DNA of 64,000 nt, taken from positions 5,828,001 to 5,892,000 of the forward strand of contig OZ024745.1 in assembly GCA_964016885.1 (NCBI GenBank), given 5' to 3'. The DNA comes from Eledone cirrhosa. Its lineage: Eukaryota. The stretch's first letter is position 1; every line of letters begins with the position of its first letter. A program made the translations under genes and the position numbers. The notes under the pieces were generated by a model. That model did no database searches. It saw nothing but the letters and a program-made list of their open reading frames with translations, and was not told the DNA's origin. Of this stretch, positions 46,901 through 60,180 are shown one piece after another.

Positions 46901-48390
46901 TTGGTGGGTGGTCTAGTGTCGTGGGTTTGATTCCTGGGTTGGGGTGGTGGCTGGTCTAATGTCGTGGGGTTGATTCCTGGTTTGAGGTGGTGGGTGGTCT
47001 AGTGTCGTGGGTTTGATTCCTGGGTTGGGGTGGTGGCTGGTCTAATGTCGTGGGGTTGATTCCTGGTTTGAGGTGGTGGGTGGTCTAGTGTCGTGGGTTT
47101 GATTCCTGGGTTGGGGTGGTGGGTCGTCTAGTGTCGTGGGTTTGATTCCTGGTTTGAGGTGGTGGATGGTCTAGTGTCGTGGGTTTGTTCCTGGTTTGAG
47201 GTGGTGGATGGTCTAGTGTCGTGGGTTTGTTCCTGATTTGAGGGGGTGGATGGTCTAGTGTCGTGGGTTTGTTCCTGGTTTGAGGTGGTGGATGGTCTAG
47301 TGTCGTGGGTTTGTTCCTGGTTTGAGGTGGTGGATGGTCTAGTGTCGTGGGTTTGTTCCTGGTTTGAGGTGGTGGGTGGTCTAGTGTCGTGGGTTTTTTC
47401 CTGGTTTGAGGTGGTGGGTGGTCTAGTGTCGTGGGTTTGATTCCTGGTTTGAGGTGGTGGATGGTCTAGTGTCGTGGGTTTGTTCCTGGTTAGAGGAGGT
47501 GGATAGTCTAGTGTCGTGGGTTTGTTCCTGGTTTGAGGTGGTGGATGGTCTAGTGTCGTGGGTTTGTTCCTGGGTTTGAGGTGGTGGGTGGTCTAGTGTC
47601 GTGGGTTTGTTCCTGGTTTGAAGTGGTGGGTGGTCTAGTGTCGTGGGTTTTCTCCTGGTTTGAGCTGGTGGGTGGTCTAGTGTCGTGGGTTTGTTCCTGG
47701 TTTGAGGTGGTGGGTGGTCTAGTGTCGTGGGTTTGATTCCTGTTTTGAGGTGGTGGATGGTCTAGTGTCGTGGGTTTGATTCCTGGCTTGGGGTGGTGGG
47801 TGGTCTAGTGTCGTGGGTTTGATTCCTGGGTTGGGGTGGTGGGTGGTCTAGTGTCGTGGGTTTGATTCCTGGGTTGGGGTGGTGGGTGGTCTAGTGTCGT
47901 GGGGTTGATTCCTGGGTTGGGGTGGTGGGTGGTCTAGTGTCGTGGGTTTGATTCCTGGTTTGTGGTGGTGGGTGGTCTATTATCGTGGGTTTGATTCATG
48001 GTTTGAGGTGGTGGATGGTCTAGTGTCGTGGGTTTGTTCCTGGTTTGAGGTGGTGGATGGTCTAGTGTCGTGGGTTTGTTCCTGGTTTGAGGTGGTGGAT
48101 GGTCTAGTGTCGTGGGTTTGTTCCTGTTTTGAGGTGGTGGATGGTCTAGTGTCGTGGGTTTGTTCCTGGTTTGAGGTGGTGGGTGTCTAGTGTCGTGGGT
48201 TTGTTCCTGGTTTGAGGTGGTGGATGGTCTTGTGTCGTGGGTTTGTTCCTGGTTTGAGGTGGTGGATGGTCTAGTGTCGTGGGTTTGTTCCTGGTTTGAG
48301 GTGGTGGATGGTCTAGTGTCGTGGGTTAGTTCCTGGTTTGAGGTGGTGGGTGGTCTAGTGTCGTGGGTTTTTTCCTGGTTTGAGGTGGTG
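44000..48390 (+). repeat. Tandem duplication, unit ~2.4 kb, with an internal 422-bp duplication
   Basis: GGTTAGAGGAGG at 45073/47488 and ORF pairs 45527/47942 and 45775/48190 are offset by 2415. TTTTTCCTGATTTGAG occurs at ~44215, 46165 and 46587. Confidence 0.8.
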
Positions 48391-51300
48391 GGTGGTCTAG
48401 TGTCGTGGGTTTGATTCCTGGTTTGAGGTGGTGGATGGTCTAGTGTCGTGGGTTTGATTCCTGGGTTGGGGTGGTGGGTGGTCTAGTGTCGTGGGTTTGA
48501 TTCCTGGGTTGGGGTGGTGGATAGTCTAGTGTCGTGGGTTTGTTCCTTGTTTGAGGTGGTGGATGGTCTAGTGTCGTGGGTTTGTTCCTGGGTTTGAGGT
48601 GGTGGGTGGTCTAGTGTCGTGAGTTTGTTCCTGGTTTGAGGTGGTGGGTGGTCTAGTGTCGTGGGTTTGATTCCTGGTTTGAGGTGGTGGATGGTCTAGT
48701 GTCGTGGGTTTGATTCCTGGGTTGGGGTGGTGGGTGGTCTAGTGTCGTGGGTTTGTTCCTGGTTTGAGGTGGTGGATAGTCTAGTGTCGTGGGTTTGTTC
48801 CTGGTTTGAGGTGGTGGATGGTCTAGTGTCGTGGGTTTGTTCCTGGGTTTGAGGTGGTGGGTGGTCTAGTGTCGTGGGTTTGTCCCTGGTTTGAGGTGGT
48901 GGGTGGTCTAGTGTCGTGGGTTTTTCCTGGTTTGAGGTGGTGGGTGGTCTAGTGTTGTGGGTTTGTTCCTGGTTTGAGGTGGTGGGTGGTCTAGTGTCGT
49001 GGGTTTGATTCCTGTTTTGAGGTGGTGGATGGTCTAGTGTCGTGGGTTTGATTCCTGGGTTGGGGTGGTGGATGGTCTAGTGTCGTGGGTTTGATTCCTG
49101 GGTTGGGGTGGTGGGTGGTCTAGTGTCGTGGGTTTGTTCCTGGTTTGAGGTGGTGGGTGGTCTAGTGTCGTGGGTTTGATTCCTGGGTTGGGGTGGTGGG
49201 TGGTCTAGTGTCGTGGGGTTGATTCCTGGGTTGGGGTGGTGGGTGGTCTAGTGTCGTGGGTTTGATTCCTGGTTTGAGGTGGTGGGTGGTCTATTATCGT
49301 GGGTTTGATTCCTGGTTTGAGGTGGTGGATGGTCTAGTGTCGTGGGTTTGTTCCTGGTTTGAGGTGGTGGATGGTCCAGTGTCGTGGGTTTGTTCCTGGT
49401 TTGAGGTGGTGGATGGTCTAGTGTCGTGGGTTTGATTCCTGGGTTGGGGTGGTGGATGGTCTAGTGGCGTGGGGTTGATTCCTGGGTTGGGGTGGTGGGT
49501 GGTCTAGAGTCGTGGGTTTGATTCCTGGTTTGAGGTGGTGGGTGGTCTATTATCGTGGGTTTGATTCCTGGTTTGAGGTGGTGGATGGTCTAGTGTCGTG
49601 GGTTTGTTCCTGGTTTGAGGTGGTGGATGGTCTAGTGTCGTGGGTTTGTTCCTGGTTTGAGGTGGTGGATGGTCTAGTGTCGTGGGTTTGTTCCTGGTTT
49701 GAGGTGGTGGATGGTCTAGTGTCGTGGGTTTGTTCCAGGGTTTGAGGTGGTGGGTGGTCTAGTGTCGTGGGTTTGTTCCTGGTTTGAGGTGGTGGATGGT
49801 CTAGTGTCGTGGGTTTGTTCCAGGGTTTGAGGTGGTGGGTGGTCTAGTGTCGTGGGTTTGTTCCTGGTTTGAGGTAGTGGGTGGTCTAGTGTCGTGGGTT
49901 TGTTCCTGGTTTGAGCTGGTGGATGGTCTAGTGTCGTGGGTTTGTTCCTGGTTTCAGCTGGTGGATGGTCTAGTGTCGTGGGTTTGTTCCTGGTTTGAGG
50001 TGGTGGATGGTCTAGTGTCGTGGGTTTGTTCCTGGTTTGAGGTGGTGGATGGTCTAGTGTCGTGGGTTTGTTCCTGGTTTGAGGTGGTGGGTGGTCTAGT
50101 GTCGTGGGTTTTTTCCTGGTTTGAGGTGGTGGGTGGTCTAGTGTCGTGGGTTTGATTCCTGGTTTGAGGTGGTGGATGGTCTAGTGTCGTGGGTTTGATT
50201 CCTGGGTTGGGGTGGTGGGTGGTCTAGTGTCGTGGGTTTGATTCCTGGGTTGGGTAGTGGGTGGTCTAGTGTCGTGGGTTTGTTCCTGGTTTGAGGTGGT
50301 GGATAGTCTAGTGTCGTGGGTTTGTTCCTGGTTTGAGGTGGTGGATGGTCTAGTGTCGTGGGTTTGTTCCTGGGTTTGAGGTGGTGGGTGGTCTAGTGTC
50401 GTGGGTTTGTTCCTGGTTTGAGGTGGTGGGTGGTCTAGTGTCGTGGGTTTTTTCCTGGTTTGAGGTGGTGGGTGGTCTAGTGTCGTGGGTTTGTTCCTGG
50501 TTTGAGGTGGTGGGTGGTCTAGTGTCGTGGGTTTGATTCCTGTTTTGAGGTGGTGGATGGTCTAGTGTCGTGGGTTTGATTCCTGGGTTGGGGTGCTGGG
50601 TCGTCTAGTGTCGTGGGTTTGATTCCTGGGTTGGGGTGGTGGGTTGTCTAGTGTCGTGGGTTTGTTCCTGGTTTGAGGTGGTGGGTGGTCTAGTGTCGTG
50701 GGTTTGATTCCTGGGTTGGTGTGGTGGGTGGTCTAGTGTCGTGGGTTTGATTCCTGGTTTGATGTGGTGGATGGTCTAGTGTCGTGGGTTTGATACCTGG
50801 GTTGGGGTGGTGGGTGGTCTAGTGTCGTGGGTTTGATTATGGGTTGGGGTGGTGGTTGGTCTAGTTTCGTGGGATTGATTCTTGGGTTGGGGTGGTGGGT
50901 GGTCTAGTGTCGTGGGGTTGATTCCTGGTTTGAGGTGGTGGGTGGTCTAGTATCGTTGGTTTGATTATGGGTTGGGGTGGTGGGTGGTCTAGTGTCGTGG
51001 GTTTGATTCCTGGTTTGAGTTGGTGGGTGGTCTAGTGTCTTGGGTTTGATTCCTGGGTTGAGGTTGTGGGTGGTCTAGTGTCGTGGGTTTGATTATGGGT
51101 TAGGGTGGTGGGTGGTCTAGTGTCGTGGGTTTGATTCCTGGTTTGAAGTGACGGGTGGTCTAGTGTCGTGGGTTTGTTCCTGGTTTGAGGTGGTGGTTGG
51201 TCTAGTGTCGTGGGTTTGTTCCTGGTTTGAGGTGGTGGGTGGTCTAGTGTCGTGGGTTTGTTCCTGGTTTGAGCTGGTGGATGGTCTAGTGTCGTGGGTT

Positions 51301-54300
51301 TGTTCCTGGTTTGAGGTGGTGGATGGTCTAGTGTCGTGGGTTTGTTCCTGGTTTGAGGTGATGGATGGTCTAGTGTCGTAGGTTTGTTCCTGGTTTGAGG
51401 TGGTGGATGGTCTAGTGTCGTGGGTTTGTTCCTGGTTTGAGGTGGTGGGTGGTCTAGTGTCGTGGGTTTTTTCCTGGTTTGAGGTGGTGGATGGTCTAGT
51501 GTCGTGGGTTTGATTCCTGGGTTGGGGTGGTGGGTGGTCTAGTGTCGTGGGTTTGTTCCTGGTTTGAGGTGGTGGATAGTCTAGTGTCGTGGGTTTATTC
51601 CTGGTTTGAGGTGGTGGATGGTCTAGTGTCGTGGGTTTGATTCCTGGGTTGGGGTGGTGGGTGGTCTAGTGTCGTGGGTTTGATTCCTGGGTTGGGGTGG
51701 TGGGTGGTCTAGTGTCGTGGGTTTGTTCCTGGTTTGAGGTGGTGGATAGTCTAGTGTCGTGGGTTTATTCCTGGTTTGAGGTGGTGGATGGTCTAGTGTC
51801 GTGGGTTTGTTCCTGGGTTTGAGGTGGTGGGTGGTCTAGTGTCGTGGGTTTGTTCCTGGTTTGAGGTGGTGGGTGGTCTAGTGTCGTGGGTTTTTTCCTG
51901 GTTTGAGGTGGTGGGTGGTCTAGTGTCGTGGGTTTGTTCCTGGTTTGAGGTGGTGGGTGGTCTAGTGTCGTGGGTTTGATTCCTGTTTTGAGGTGGTGGA
52001 TGGTCTAGTGTCGTGGGTTTGATTCGTGGGTTGGGGTGCTGGGTGGTCTAGTGTCGTGGGTTTGATTCCTGGGTTGGGGTGGTGGCTGGTCTAGTGTCGT
52101 GGGTTTGTTCCTGGTTTGAGGTGGTGGGTGGTCTAGTGTCGTGGGTTTGATTCCTGGGTTGGGGTGGTGGCTGGTCTAATGTCGTGGGGTTGATTCCTGG
52201 TTTGAGGTGGTGGGTGGTTTAGTGTCGTGGGTTTGATTCCTGGGTTGGGGTGGTGGGTGGTCTAGTGTCGTGGGTTTGATTCCTGGTTTGAGGTGGTGGA
52301 TGGTCTAGTGTCGTGGGTTTGTTCCTGGTTTGAGGTGGTGGATGGTCAAGTGTCGTGGGTTTGTTCCTGGTTTGAGGTGGTGGATGGTCTAGTGTCGTGG
52401 GTTTGTTCCTGGTTTGAGGTGGTGGATGGTCTAGTGTCGTGGGTTTGTTCCTGGTTTGAGGTGGTGGGTGGTCTTGTGTCGTGGGTTTGTTCCTGGTTTG
52501 AGGTGGTGGATGGTCTAGTGTCGTGGGTTTGTTCCTGGTTTGAGGGGGTGGATGGTCTAGTGTCGTGGGTTTGTTCCTGGTTTGAGGTGGTGGATGGTCT
52601 AGTGTCGTGGGTTTGTTCCTGGTTAGAGGTGGTGGATGGTCTAGTGTCGTGGGTTTGTTCCTTGTTTGAGGTGGTGGGTGGTCTAGTGTCGTGGGTTTTT
52701 TCCTGGTTTGAGGTGGTGGGTGGTCTAGTGTCGTGGGTTTGATTCCTGGTTTGAGGTGGTGGATGGTCTAGTGTCGTGGGTTTGTTCATGGTTTGAGGAG
52801 GTGGATAGTCTAGTGTCGTGGGTTTGTTCCTGGTTTGAGCTGGTGGATGGACTAGTGTCGTGGGTTTGTTCCTGGGTTTGAGGTGGTGGGTGGTCTAGTG
52901 TCGTGGGTTTGTTCCTGGTTTGAAGTGGTGGGTGGTCTAGTGTCGTGGGTTTTCTCCTGGTTTGAGGTGGTGGGTGGTCTAGTGACGTGGGTTTGTTCCT
53001 GGTTTGATGTGGTGGGTGGTCTAGTGTCGTGGGTTTGATTCCTGTTTTGAGGTGGTGGATGGTCTAGTGTCGTGGGTTTGATTCCTGGGTTGGGGTGGTG
53101 GGTGGTCTAGTGTCGTGGGTTTGATTCCTGGGTTGGGCTGGTGGGTGGTCTAGTGTCGTGGGTTTGTTCCTGGTTTGAGGTGGTGGGTGGTCTAGTGTCG
53201 TGGGTTTGGTTCCTGGGTTGGGGTGGTGGGTGGTCTAGTGTCGTGGGTTTGATTCCTGGTTTGAGGTGGTGGGTGGTCTATTATCGTGGGTTTGATTCCT
53301 GGTTTGAGGTGGTGGATGGTCTAGTGTCGTGGGTTTGTTCCTGGTTTGAGGTGGTGGATGGTCTAGTGTCGTGGGTTTGTTCCTGGTTTGAGGTGGTGGG
53401 TGGTCTAGTGTCGTGGGTTTGTTCCTGGTTTGAGGTGGTGGATGGTCTAGTGTCGTGGGTTTGTTCCTGGTTTGAGGTGGTGGATAGTCTAGTGTCGTGG
53501 GTTTGTTCCTGGTTTGAGGTGGTGGATGGTCTAGTGTCGTGGGTTTGTTCCTGGGTTTGAGGTGGTGGGTGGTCTAGTGTCGTGGGTTTGTTCCTGGTTT
53601 GAGGTGGTGGGTGGTCTAGTGTCGTGGGTTTTTCCTGGTTTGAGGTGGTGGGTGGTCTAGTGTCGTGGGTTTGTTCCTGGTTTGAGGTAGTGGGTGGTCT
53701 AGTGTCGTGGGTTTGATTCCTGTTTTGAGGTGGTGGATGGTCTAGTGTCGTTGGTTTGATTCCTGGGTTGGGCTGGTGGGTGGTCTAGTGTCGTGGGTTT
53801 GATTCCTTGGTTGGGGTGGTGGGTGGTCTAGTGTCGTGGGTTTGTTCCTGGTTTGAGGTGGTGGATGGTCTAGTGTCGTGGGTTTGATTCCTGGGTTGGG
53901 GTGGTGGGTGGTCTAGTGTCGTGGGGTTGATTCCTGGGTTGGGGTGGTGGGTGGTCTAGTGTCGTGGGTTTGATTCCTGGTTTGAGGTGGTGGGTGGTCT
54001 ATTGTCGTGGGTTTGATTCCTGGTTTGAGGTGGTGGATGGTCTAGTGTCGTGGGTTTGTTCCTGGTTTGAGGTGGTGGATGGTCTAGTGTCGTGGGTTGG
54101 TTCCTGGTTTGAGGTGGTGGATGGTCTAGTGTCGTGGGTTTGTTCCTGGTTTGAGGTGGTGGATGGTCTAGTGTCGTGGGTTTGTTCCTGGTTTGAGGTG
54201 GTGGGTGGTCTAGTGTCGTGGGTTTGTTCCTGGTTTGAGGTGGTGGATAGTCTAGTGTCGTGGGTTTGTTCCTGGTTTGAGGTGGTGGATGGTCTAGTGT

Positions 54301-57300
54301 CGTGGGTTTGTTCCAGGGTTTGAGGTGGTGGGTGGTCTAGTGTCGTGGGTTTGTTCCTGGTTTGAGGTGGTGGGTGGTCTAGTGTCGTGGGTTTGTTCCT
54401 GGTTTGAGCTGGTGGATGGTCTAGTGTCGTGGTTTTGTTCCTGGTTTGAGGTGGTGGATGGTCTAGTGTCGTGGGTTTGTTCCTGGTTTGAGGTGGTGGA
54501 TGGTCTAGTGTCGTGGGTTTGTTCCTGGTTTGAGGTGGTGGATGGTCTAGTGTCGTGGGTTTGTTCCTGGTTTGAGGTGGTGGGTGGTCTAGTGTCGTGG
54601 GTTTTTTCCTGGTTTGAGGTGGTGGGTGGTCTAGTGTCGTGGGTTTGATTCCTGGTTTGAGGTGGTGGATGGTCTAGTGTCGTGGGTTTGATTCCTGGGT
54701 TGGGGTGGTGGGTGGTCTAGTGTCGTGGGTTTGATTCCTGGGTTGGGGTGGTGGGTGGTCTAGTCTCGTGGGTTTGTTCCTGGTTTGAGGTGGTGGATGG
54801 TCTAGTGTCGTGGGTTTGATTCCTGGGTTGGGGTGGTGGGTGGTCTAGTGTCGTGGGTTTGATTCCTGGGTTGGGGTGGTGGGTGGTCTAGTGTCGTGGG
54901 TTTGATTCCTGGGTTGGGGTGGTGGGTGGTCTAGTCTCGTGGGTTTGTTCCTGGTTTGAGGTGGTGGATGGTCTAGTGTCGTGGGTTTGATTCCTGGGTT
55001 GGGGTGGTGGGTGGTCTAGTGTCGTGGGGTTGATTCCTGGGTTGGGGTGGTGGGTGGTCTAGTGTCTTGGGTTTGATTCCTGGTTTGAGGTGGTGGGTGG
55101 TCTATTATCGTGGGTTTGATTCCTGGTTTGAGGTGGTGGATGGTCTAGTGTCGTGGGTTTGTTCCTGGTTTGAGGTGGTGGATGGTCTAGTGTCGTGGGT
55201 TTGTTCCTGGTTTGAGGTGGTGGATGGTCTAGTGTCGTGGGTTTGTTCCTGGTTTGAGGTGGTGGATGGTCTAGTGTCGTGGGTTTGTTCCAGGGTTTGA
55301 GGTGGTGGGTGGTCTAGTGTCGTGGGTTTGTTCCTGGTTTGAGGTGGTGGATGGTCTAGTGTCGTGGGTTTGTTCCAGGGTTTGAGGTGGTGGGTGGTCT
55401 AGTGTTGTGGGTTTGTTCCTGGTTTGATGTGGTGGGTGGTCTAGTGTCGTGGGTTTGTTCCTGGTTTGAGCTGGTGGATGGTCTAGTGTCGTGGGTTTGT
55501 TCCTGGTTTGAGGTGGTGGATGGTCTAGTGTCGTGGGTTTGTTCCTGGTTTGAGGTGGTGGATGGTCTAGTGTCGTGGGTTTGTTCCTGGTTTGAGGTGG
55601 TGGATGGTCTAGTGTCGTGGGTTTGTTCCTGGTTTGAGGTGGTGGGTGGTCTAGTGTCGTGGGTTTTTTCCTGGTTTGAGGTGGTGGGTGGTCTAGTGTC
55701 ATGGGTTTGATTCCTGGTTTGAGGTGGTGGATGGTCTAGTGTCGTGGGTTTGATTCCTGGGTTGGGGTGGTGGGTGGTCTAGTGTCGTGGGTTTGATTCC
55801 TGGGTTGGGTAGTGGATGGTCTAGTGTCGTGGGTTTGTTCCTGGTTTGAGGTGGTGGATAGTCTAGTGTCGTGGGTTTGTTCCTGGTTTGAGGTGGTGGA
55901 TGGTCTAGTGTCGTGGGTTTGTTCCTGGGTTTGAGGTGGTGGGTGGTCTAGTGTCGTGGGTTTGTTCCTGGTTTGAGGTGGTGGGTGGTCTAGTGTCGTG
56001 GGTTTTTTCCTGGTTTGAGGTGGTGGGTGGTCTAGTGTCGTGGGTTTGTTCCTGGTTTGAGGTGGTGGGTGGTCTAGTGTCGTGGGTTTGATTCCTGTTT
56101 TGAGGTGGTGGATGGTCTAGTGTCGTGGGTTTGATTCCTGGGTTGGGGTGCTGGGTGGTCTAGTGTCGTGGGTTTGATTCCTGCGTTGGGGTGGTGGGTT
56201 GTCTAGTGTCGTGGGTTTGTTCCTGGTTTGAGGTGGTGGGTGGTCTAGTGTCGTGGGTTTGATTCCTGGGTTGGGGTGGTGGCTGGTCTAATGTCGTGGG
56301 GTTGATTCCTGGTTTGAGGTGGTGGGTGGTCTAGTGTCGTGGGTTTGATTCCTGGGTTGGTGTGGTGGGTGGTCTAGTGTCGTGGGTTTGATTCCTGGTT
56401 TGATGTGGTGGATGGTCTAGTGTCGTGGGTTTGATACCTGGGTTGGGGTGGTGGGTGGTCTAGTGTCGTGGGTTTGATTATGGGTTGGGGTGGTGGTTGG
56501 TCTAGTTTCGTGGGATTGATTCTTGGGTTGGGGTGGTGGGTGGTCTAGTGTCGTGGGGTTGATTCCTGGTTTGAGGTGGTGGGTGGTCTAGTATCGTTGG
56601 TTTGATTATGGGTTGCGGTGGTGGGTGGTCTAGTGTCGTGGGTTTGATTCCTGGTTTGAGGTGGTGGGTGGTCTAGTGTCTTGGGTTTGATTCCTGGGTT
56701 GAGGTTGTGGGTGGTCTAGTGTCGTGGGTTTGATTATGGGTTAGGGTGGTGGGTGGTCTAGTGTCGTGGGTTTGATTCCTGGTTTGAAGTGACGGGTGGT
56801 CTAGTGTCGTGGGTTTGTTCCTGGTTTGAGGTGGTGGGTGGTCTAGTGTCGTGGGTTTGTTCCTGGGTTTGAGGTGGTGGGTGGTCTAGTGTCGTGGGTT
56901 TGTTCCTGGTTTGAGGTGGTGGGTGGTCTAGTGTCGTGGGTTTTTTCCTGGTTTGAGGTGGTGGGTGGTCTAGTGTCGTGGGTTTGTTCCAGGTTTGAGG
57001 TGGTGGGTGGTCTAGTTTCGTGGGTTTGATTCCTGTTTTGAGGTGGTGGATGGTCTAGTGTCGTGGGTTTGATTCCTGGGTTGGGGTGCTGGGTGGTCTA
57101 GTGTCGTGGGTTTGATTCCTGGGTTGGGGTGGTGGCTGGTCTAGTGTCGTGGGTTTGTTCCTGGTTTGAGGTGGTGGGTGGTCTAGTGTCGTGGGTTTGA
57201 TTCCTGGGTTGGGGTGGTGGCTGGTCTAATGTCGTGGGGTTGATTCCTGGTTTGAGGTGGTGGATGGTCTAGTGTCGCGGGTTTGATTCCTGGTTTGAGG

Positions 57301-60180
57301 TGGTGGATGGTCAAGTGTCGTGGGTTTGTTCCTGGTTTGAGGTGGTGGATGGTCTAGTGTCGTGGGTTTGTTCCTGGTTTGAGGTGGTGGATGGTCTAGT
57401 GTCGTGGGTTTGTTCCTGGTTTGAGGTGGTGGGTGGTCTAGTGTCGTGGGTTTGTTCCTGGTTTGAGGTGGTGGATGGTCTAGTGTCGTGGGTTTGTTCC
57501 TGGTTTGAGGGGGTGGATGGTCTAGTGTCGTGGGTTTGTTCCTGGTTTGAGGTGGTGGATGGTCTAGTGTCGTGGGTTTGTTCCTGGTTTGAGGTGGTGG
57601 ATGGTCTAGTGTCGTGGGTTTGTTCCTGGTTTGAGGTGGTGGGTGGTCTAGTGTCGTGGGTTTTTTCCTGGTTTGAGGTGGTGGGTGGTCTAGTGTCGTG
57701 GGTTTGATTCCTGGTTTGAGGTGGTGGATGGTCTAGTGTCGTGGGTTTGTTCCTGGTTTGAGGAGGTGTTTAGTCTAGTGTCGTGGGTTTGTTCCTGGTT
57801 TGAGCTGGTGGATGGTCTAGTGTCGTGGGTTTGTTCCTGGGTTTGAGGTGGTGGGTGGTCTAGTGTCGTGGGTTTGTTCCTGGTTTGAAGTGGTGGGTGG
57901 TCTAGTGTCGTGGGTTTTCTCCTGGTTTGAGGTGGTGGGTGGTCTAGTGTCGTGGGTTTGTTCCTGGTTTGAGGTGGTGGGTGGTCTAGTGTCGTGGGTT
58001 TGATTCCTGTTTTGAGGTGGTGGATGGTCTAGTGTCGTGGGTTTGATTCCTGGGTTGGGGTGGTGGGTGGTCTAGTGTCATGGGTTTGATTCCTGGGTTG
58101 GGGTGGTGGGTGGTCTAGTGTCGTGGGTTTGTTCCTGGTTTGAGATGGTGGGTGGTCTAGTGTCGTGGGTTTGATTCCTCGGTTGGGGTGGTGGGTGGTC
58201 TAGTGTCGTGGGGTTGATTCCTGGGTTGGGGTGGTAGGTGGTCTAGTGTCGTGGGTTTGATTCCTGGTTTGAGGTGGTGGGTGGTCTATTATCGTGGGTT
58301 TGATTCCTGGTTTGAGGTGGTGGATGGTCTAGTGTCGTGGGTTTGTTCCTGGTTTGAGGTGGTGGATGGTCTAGTGTCGTGGGTTTGTTCCTGGTTTGAG
58401 GTGGTGGATGGTCTAGTGTCGTGGGTTTGTTCCTGTTTTGAGGTGGTGGATGGTCTAGTGTCGTGGGTTTGTTCCTGGTTTGAGGTGGTGGGTGGTCTAG
58501 TGTCGTGGGTTTGTTCCTGGTTTGAGGTGATGGATGGTCTAGTGTCGTGGGTTTGTTCCTGGTTTGAGGTGGTGGATGGTCTAGTGTCGTGGGTTTGTTC
58601 CTGGTTTGAGGTGGTGGATGGTCTAGTGTCGTGGGTTTGTTCCTGGTTTGAGGTGGTGGATGGTCTAGTGTCGTGGGTTTGTTCCTGGTTTGAGGTGGTG
58701 GGTGGTCTAGTGTCGTGGGTTTTTTCCTGGTTTGAGGTGGTGGGTGGTCTAGTGTCGTGGGTTTGATTCCTGGATTGAGGTGGTGGATGGTCTAGTGTCG
58801 TGGGTTTGATTCCTGGGTTGGGGTGGTGGGTGGTCTAGTGTCGTGGGTTTGATTCCTGGGTTGGCGTGGTGGGTGGTCTAGTGTCGTGGGTTTGTTCCTG
58901 GTTTGAGGTGGTGGATAGTCTAGTGTCGTGGGTTTGTTCCTGGTTTGAGGTGGTGGATGGTCTAGTGTCGTGGGTTTGTTCCTGGGTTTGAGGTGGTGGG
59001 TGGTCTAGTGTCGTGGGTTTGTTCCTGGTTTGAGGTGGTGGGTGTTCTAGTGTCGTGGGTTTTTCCTGGTTTGAGGTGGTGGGTGGTCTAGTGTCGTGGG
59101 TTTGTTCCTGGTTTGAGCTGGTGGATGGTCTAGTGTCGTGGGTTTGATTCCTGGGTTGGGGTGGTGGCTGGTCTAGTGTCGTGGGTTTGTTCCTGGTTTG
59201 AGGTGGTGGGTGGTCTAGTGTCGTGGGTTTGATTCCTGGGTTGGGGTGGTGGCTGGTCTAATGTCGTGGGGTTGATTCCTGGTTTGAGGTGGTGGATGGT
59301 CTAGTGTCGCGGGTTTGATTCCTGGTTTGAGGTGGTGGATGGTCAAGTGTCGTGGGTTTGTTCCTGGTTTGAGGTGGTGGATGGTCTAGTGTCGTGGGTT
59401 TGTTCCTGGTTTGAGGTGGTGGATGGTCTAGTGTCGTGGGTTTGTTCCTGGTTTGAGGTGGTGGGTGGTCTAGTGTCGTGGGTTTGTTCCTGGTTTGAGG
59501 TGGTGGATGGTCTAGTGTCGTGGGTTTGTTCCTGGTTTGAGGGGGTGGATGGTCTAGTGTCATGGGTTTATTCCTGGTTTGAGGTGGTGGATGGTCTAGT
59601 GTCGTGGGTTTGTTCCTGGTTTGAGGTGGTGGATGGTCTAGTGTCGTGGGTTTGTACCTGGTTTGAGGTGGTGGGTGGTCTAGTGTCGTGGGTTTTTTCC
59701 TGGTTTGAGGTGGTGGGTGGTCTAGTGTAGTGGGTTTGATTCCTGGTTTGAGGTGGTGGATGGTCTAGTGTCGTGGGTTTGTTCCTGGTTTGAGGAGGTG
59801 GATAGTCTAGTGTCGTGGGTTTGTTCCTGGTTTGAGCTGGTGGATGGTCTAGTGTCGTGGGTTTGTTCCTGGGTTTGAGGTGGTGGGTGGTCTAGTGTCG
59901 TGGGTTTGTTCCTGGTTTGAAGTGGTGGGTGGTCTAGTGTCGTGGGTTTTCTCCTGGTTTGAGGTGGTGGGTGGTCTAGTGTCGTGGGTTTGTTCCTGGT
60001 TTGAGGTGGTGGGTGGTCTAGTGTCGTGGGTTTGATTCCTGTTTTGAGGTGGTGGATGGTCTAGTGTCGTGGGTTTGATTCCTGGGTTGGGGTGGTGGGT
60101 GGTCTAGTGTCGTGGGTTTGATTCCTGGGTTGGGGTGGTGGGTGGTCTAGTGTCGTGGGTTTGTTCCTGGTTTGAGGTGG
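47200..60180 (+). repeat. ~13-kb block paralogous to ~17750-31800 (offset 28.4-29.4 kb) and partly to ~37200-44300 (offset 9.4-10 kb)
   Basis: ORF pairs and offsets: 20658/49512 (28854), 23442/52293 (28851), 25431/54325 (28894), 26174/55067 (28893), 28913/57300 (28387), 29864/58251 (28387), 40139/49512 (9373) and 41775/51148 (9373). Confidence 0.85.
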
